Shown piece after piece: positions 63,283 to 64,000 of a DNA stretch of 64,000 bases. The notes under the pieces are model-generated. The model worked only from the letters and a program-made list of their open reading frames with translations, searched no databases and had not been told where the DNA came from. Source of the DNA: Glaucostegus cemiculus (lineage: Eukaryota); the NCBI GenBank assembly GCA_976551045.1, contig CDPCPM010000025.1:5456001-5520000 (forward strand). Direction: 5' to 3'. How positions within the stretch are numbered: the stretch's first letter is position 1; each line of letters opens with the position of its first letter. The translations under genes were made by a program, and so were the position numbers.

Positions 63283-63414
63283 GTTGAGCAAGAGATCAAA
63301 TAGAAATGAATCAGCAAAAGATGATCATCTGGAAAAACTGCAGCCTAAGCAAGATGGTATACCTCATCATTTCAAAACAAAGGTTAAAACCCTAATTGGA
63401 ATACTTAGTAAGCT
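63283..63414 (+). CDS. CNBD1: CNBD1 coding exon 4 (LSKRSNRNES...KTKVKTLIGILSKL)
   Basis: Acceptor gcag, donor CT|GTAAGT, 132 nt open, phase 2 to 2. C-terminal end resembles recalled human KFEEFLAILKKL. Confidence 0.75.
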
Positions 63415-64000
63415 GTAAGTATCATTATTAGGAAAACAAGCAGATTAACAGTTGTTCTGATTTTAAGGAAACCAGTAATACAAACCATTGTTTTATGAAA
63501 TTGTTACTGTGTCCTATGTGAAGAATTAAATTATATAACATACAAAAACTACTCTATCATTCCCGATTTAATTTTTCTTTACATAGAAAACACATCAAAT
63601 CAACCAATGACGTAGTGATAAAGAGAGAATGCAACTTGCCTTGACTTATTTGTAGATCTGTGCCACTCTCTTAGTTTTGCACAAATAGCCATCTTGTGTG
63701 TAAACATTTCGTGATTTTACAGGAGTTGCTGTACGTGCACATCAGTTTCCCAATAAGCTTGCAGAGAAATTTCACTGCACTATTTAATGGTACAAGTATC
63801 CTTTTAACAAAATAATTGTTAGTGATTGCCAATCATTACCATAGACCACCCTATAACTGGGTCTTGCTGATAATTTGGGTGTCTGTGACATCTCTTTTCA
63901 TTTGGTGATGATGGGGGAAATGTAATGCTATTTCTATAGACAGCAATTTCATCTGTGTTCTTCTAGATCTGCATTCACTACTAGACATCACATAACCATG

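Overview
Vertebrate nuclear DNA, AT-rich and dense in retroelements. The repeat content (HE1-type V-SINE, many CR1 LINEs with (CATAGAA)n-type tails, Rex1/Babar, Penelope-like elements) points to an elasmobranch (shark or ray). Two genes lie head-to-head. On the minus strand are coding exons 1-6 of the cone CNG-channel beta subunit CNGB3 (ATG at 19453; the gene continues off the left edge). On the plus strand are coding exons 1-4 of CNBD1 (ATG at 45688 in a CpG island; the gene continues off the right edge). All ten exons were reconstructed by hand, with GT-AG introns and consistent phases. Almost all long ORFs in the track are LINE fragments. I found no clearly new multi-gene system. The most notable non-coding signals are: a dispersed Penelope-derived family with degenerate minimal hammerhead-ribozyme cores, often in fold-back arrangement; a 112-bp-arm fold-back element with a CACGATG end and an internal micro-inversion; a 17-bp perfect intronic hairpin; a local duplication of the CNBD1 exon-2 donor region; CRX-type sites at the CNGB3 promoter; an RFX X-box at the CNBD1 promoter; and nested insertions. 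Gene and repeat identities rest on recalled motifs, not database searches, and repeat boundaries are approximate unless stated.
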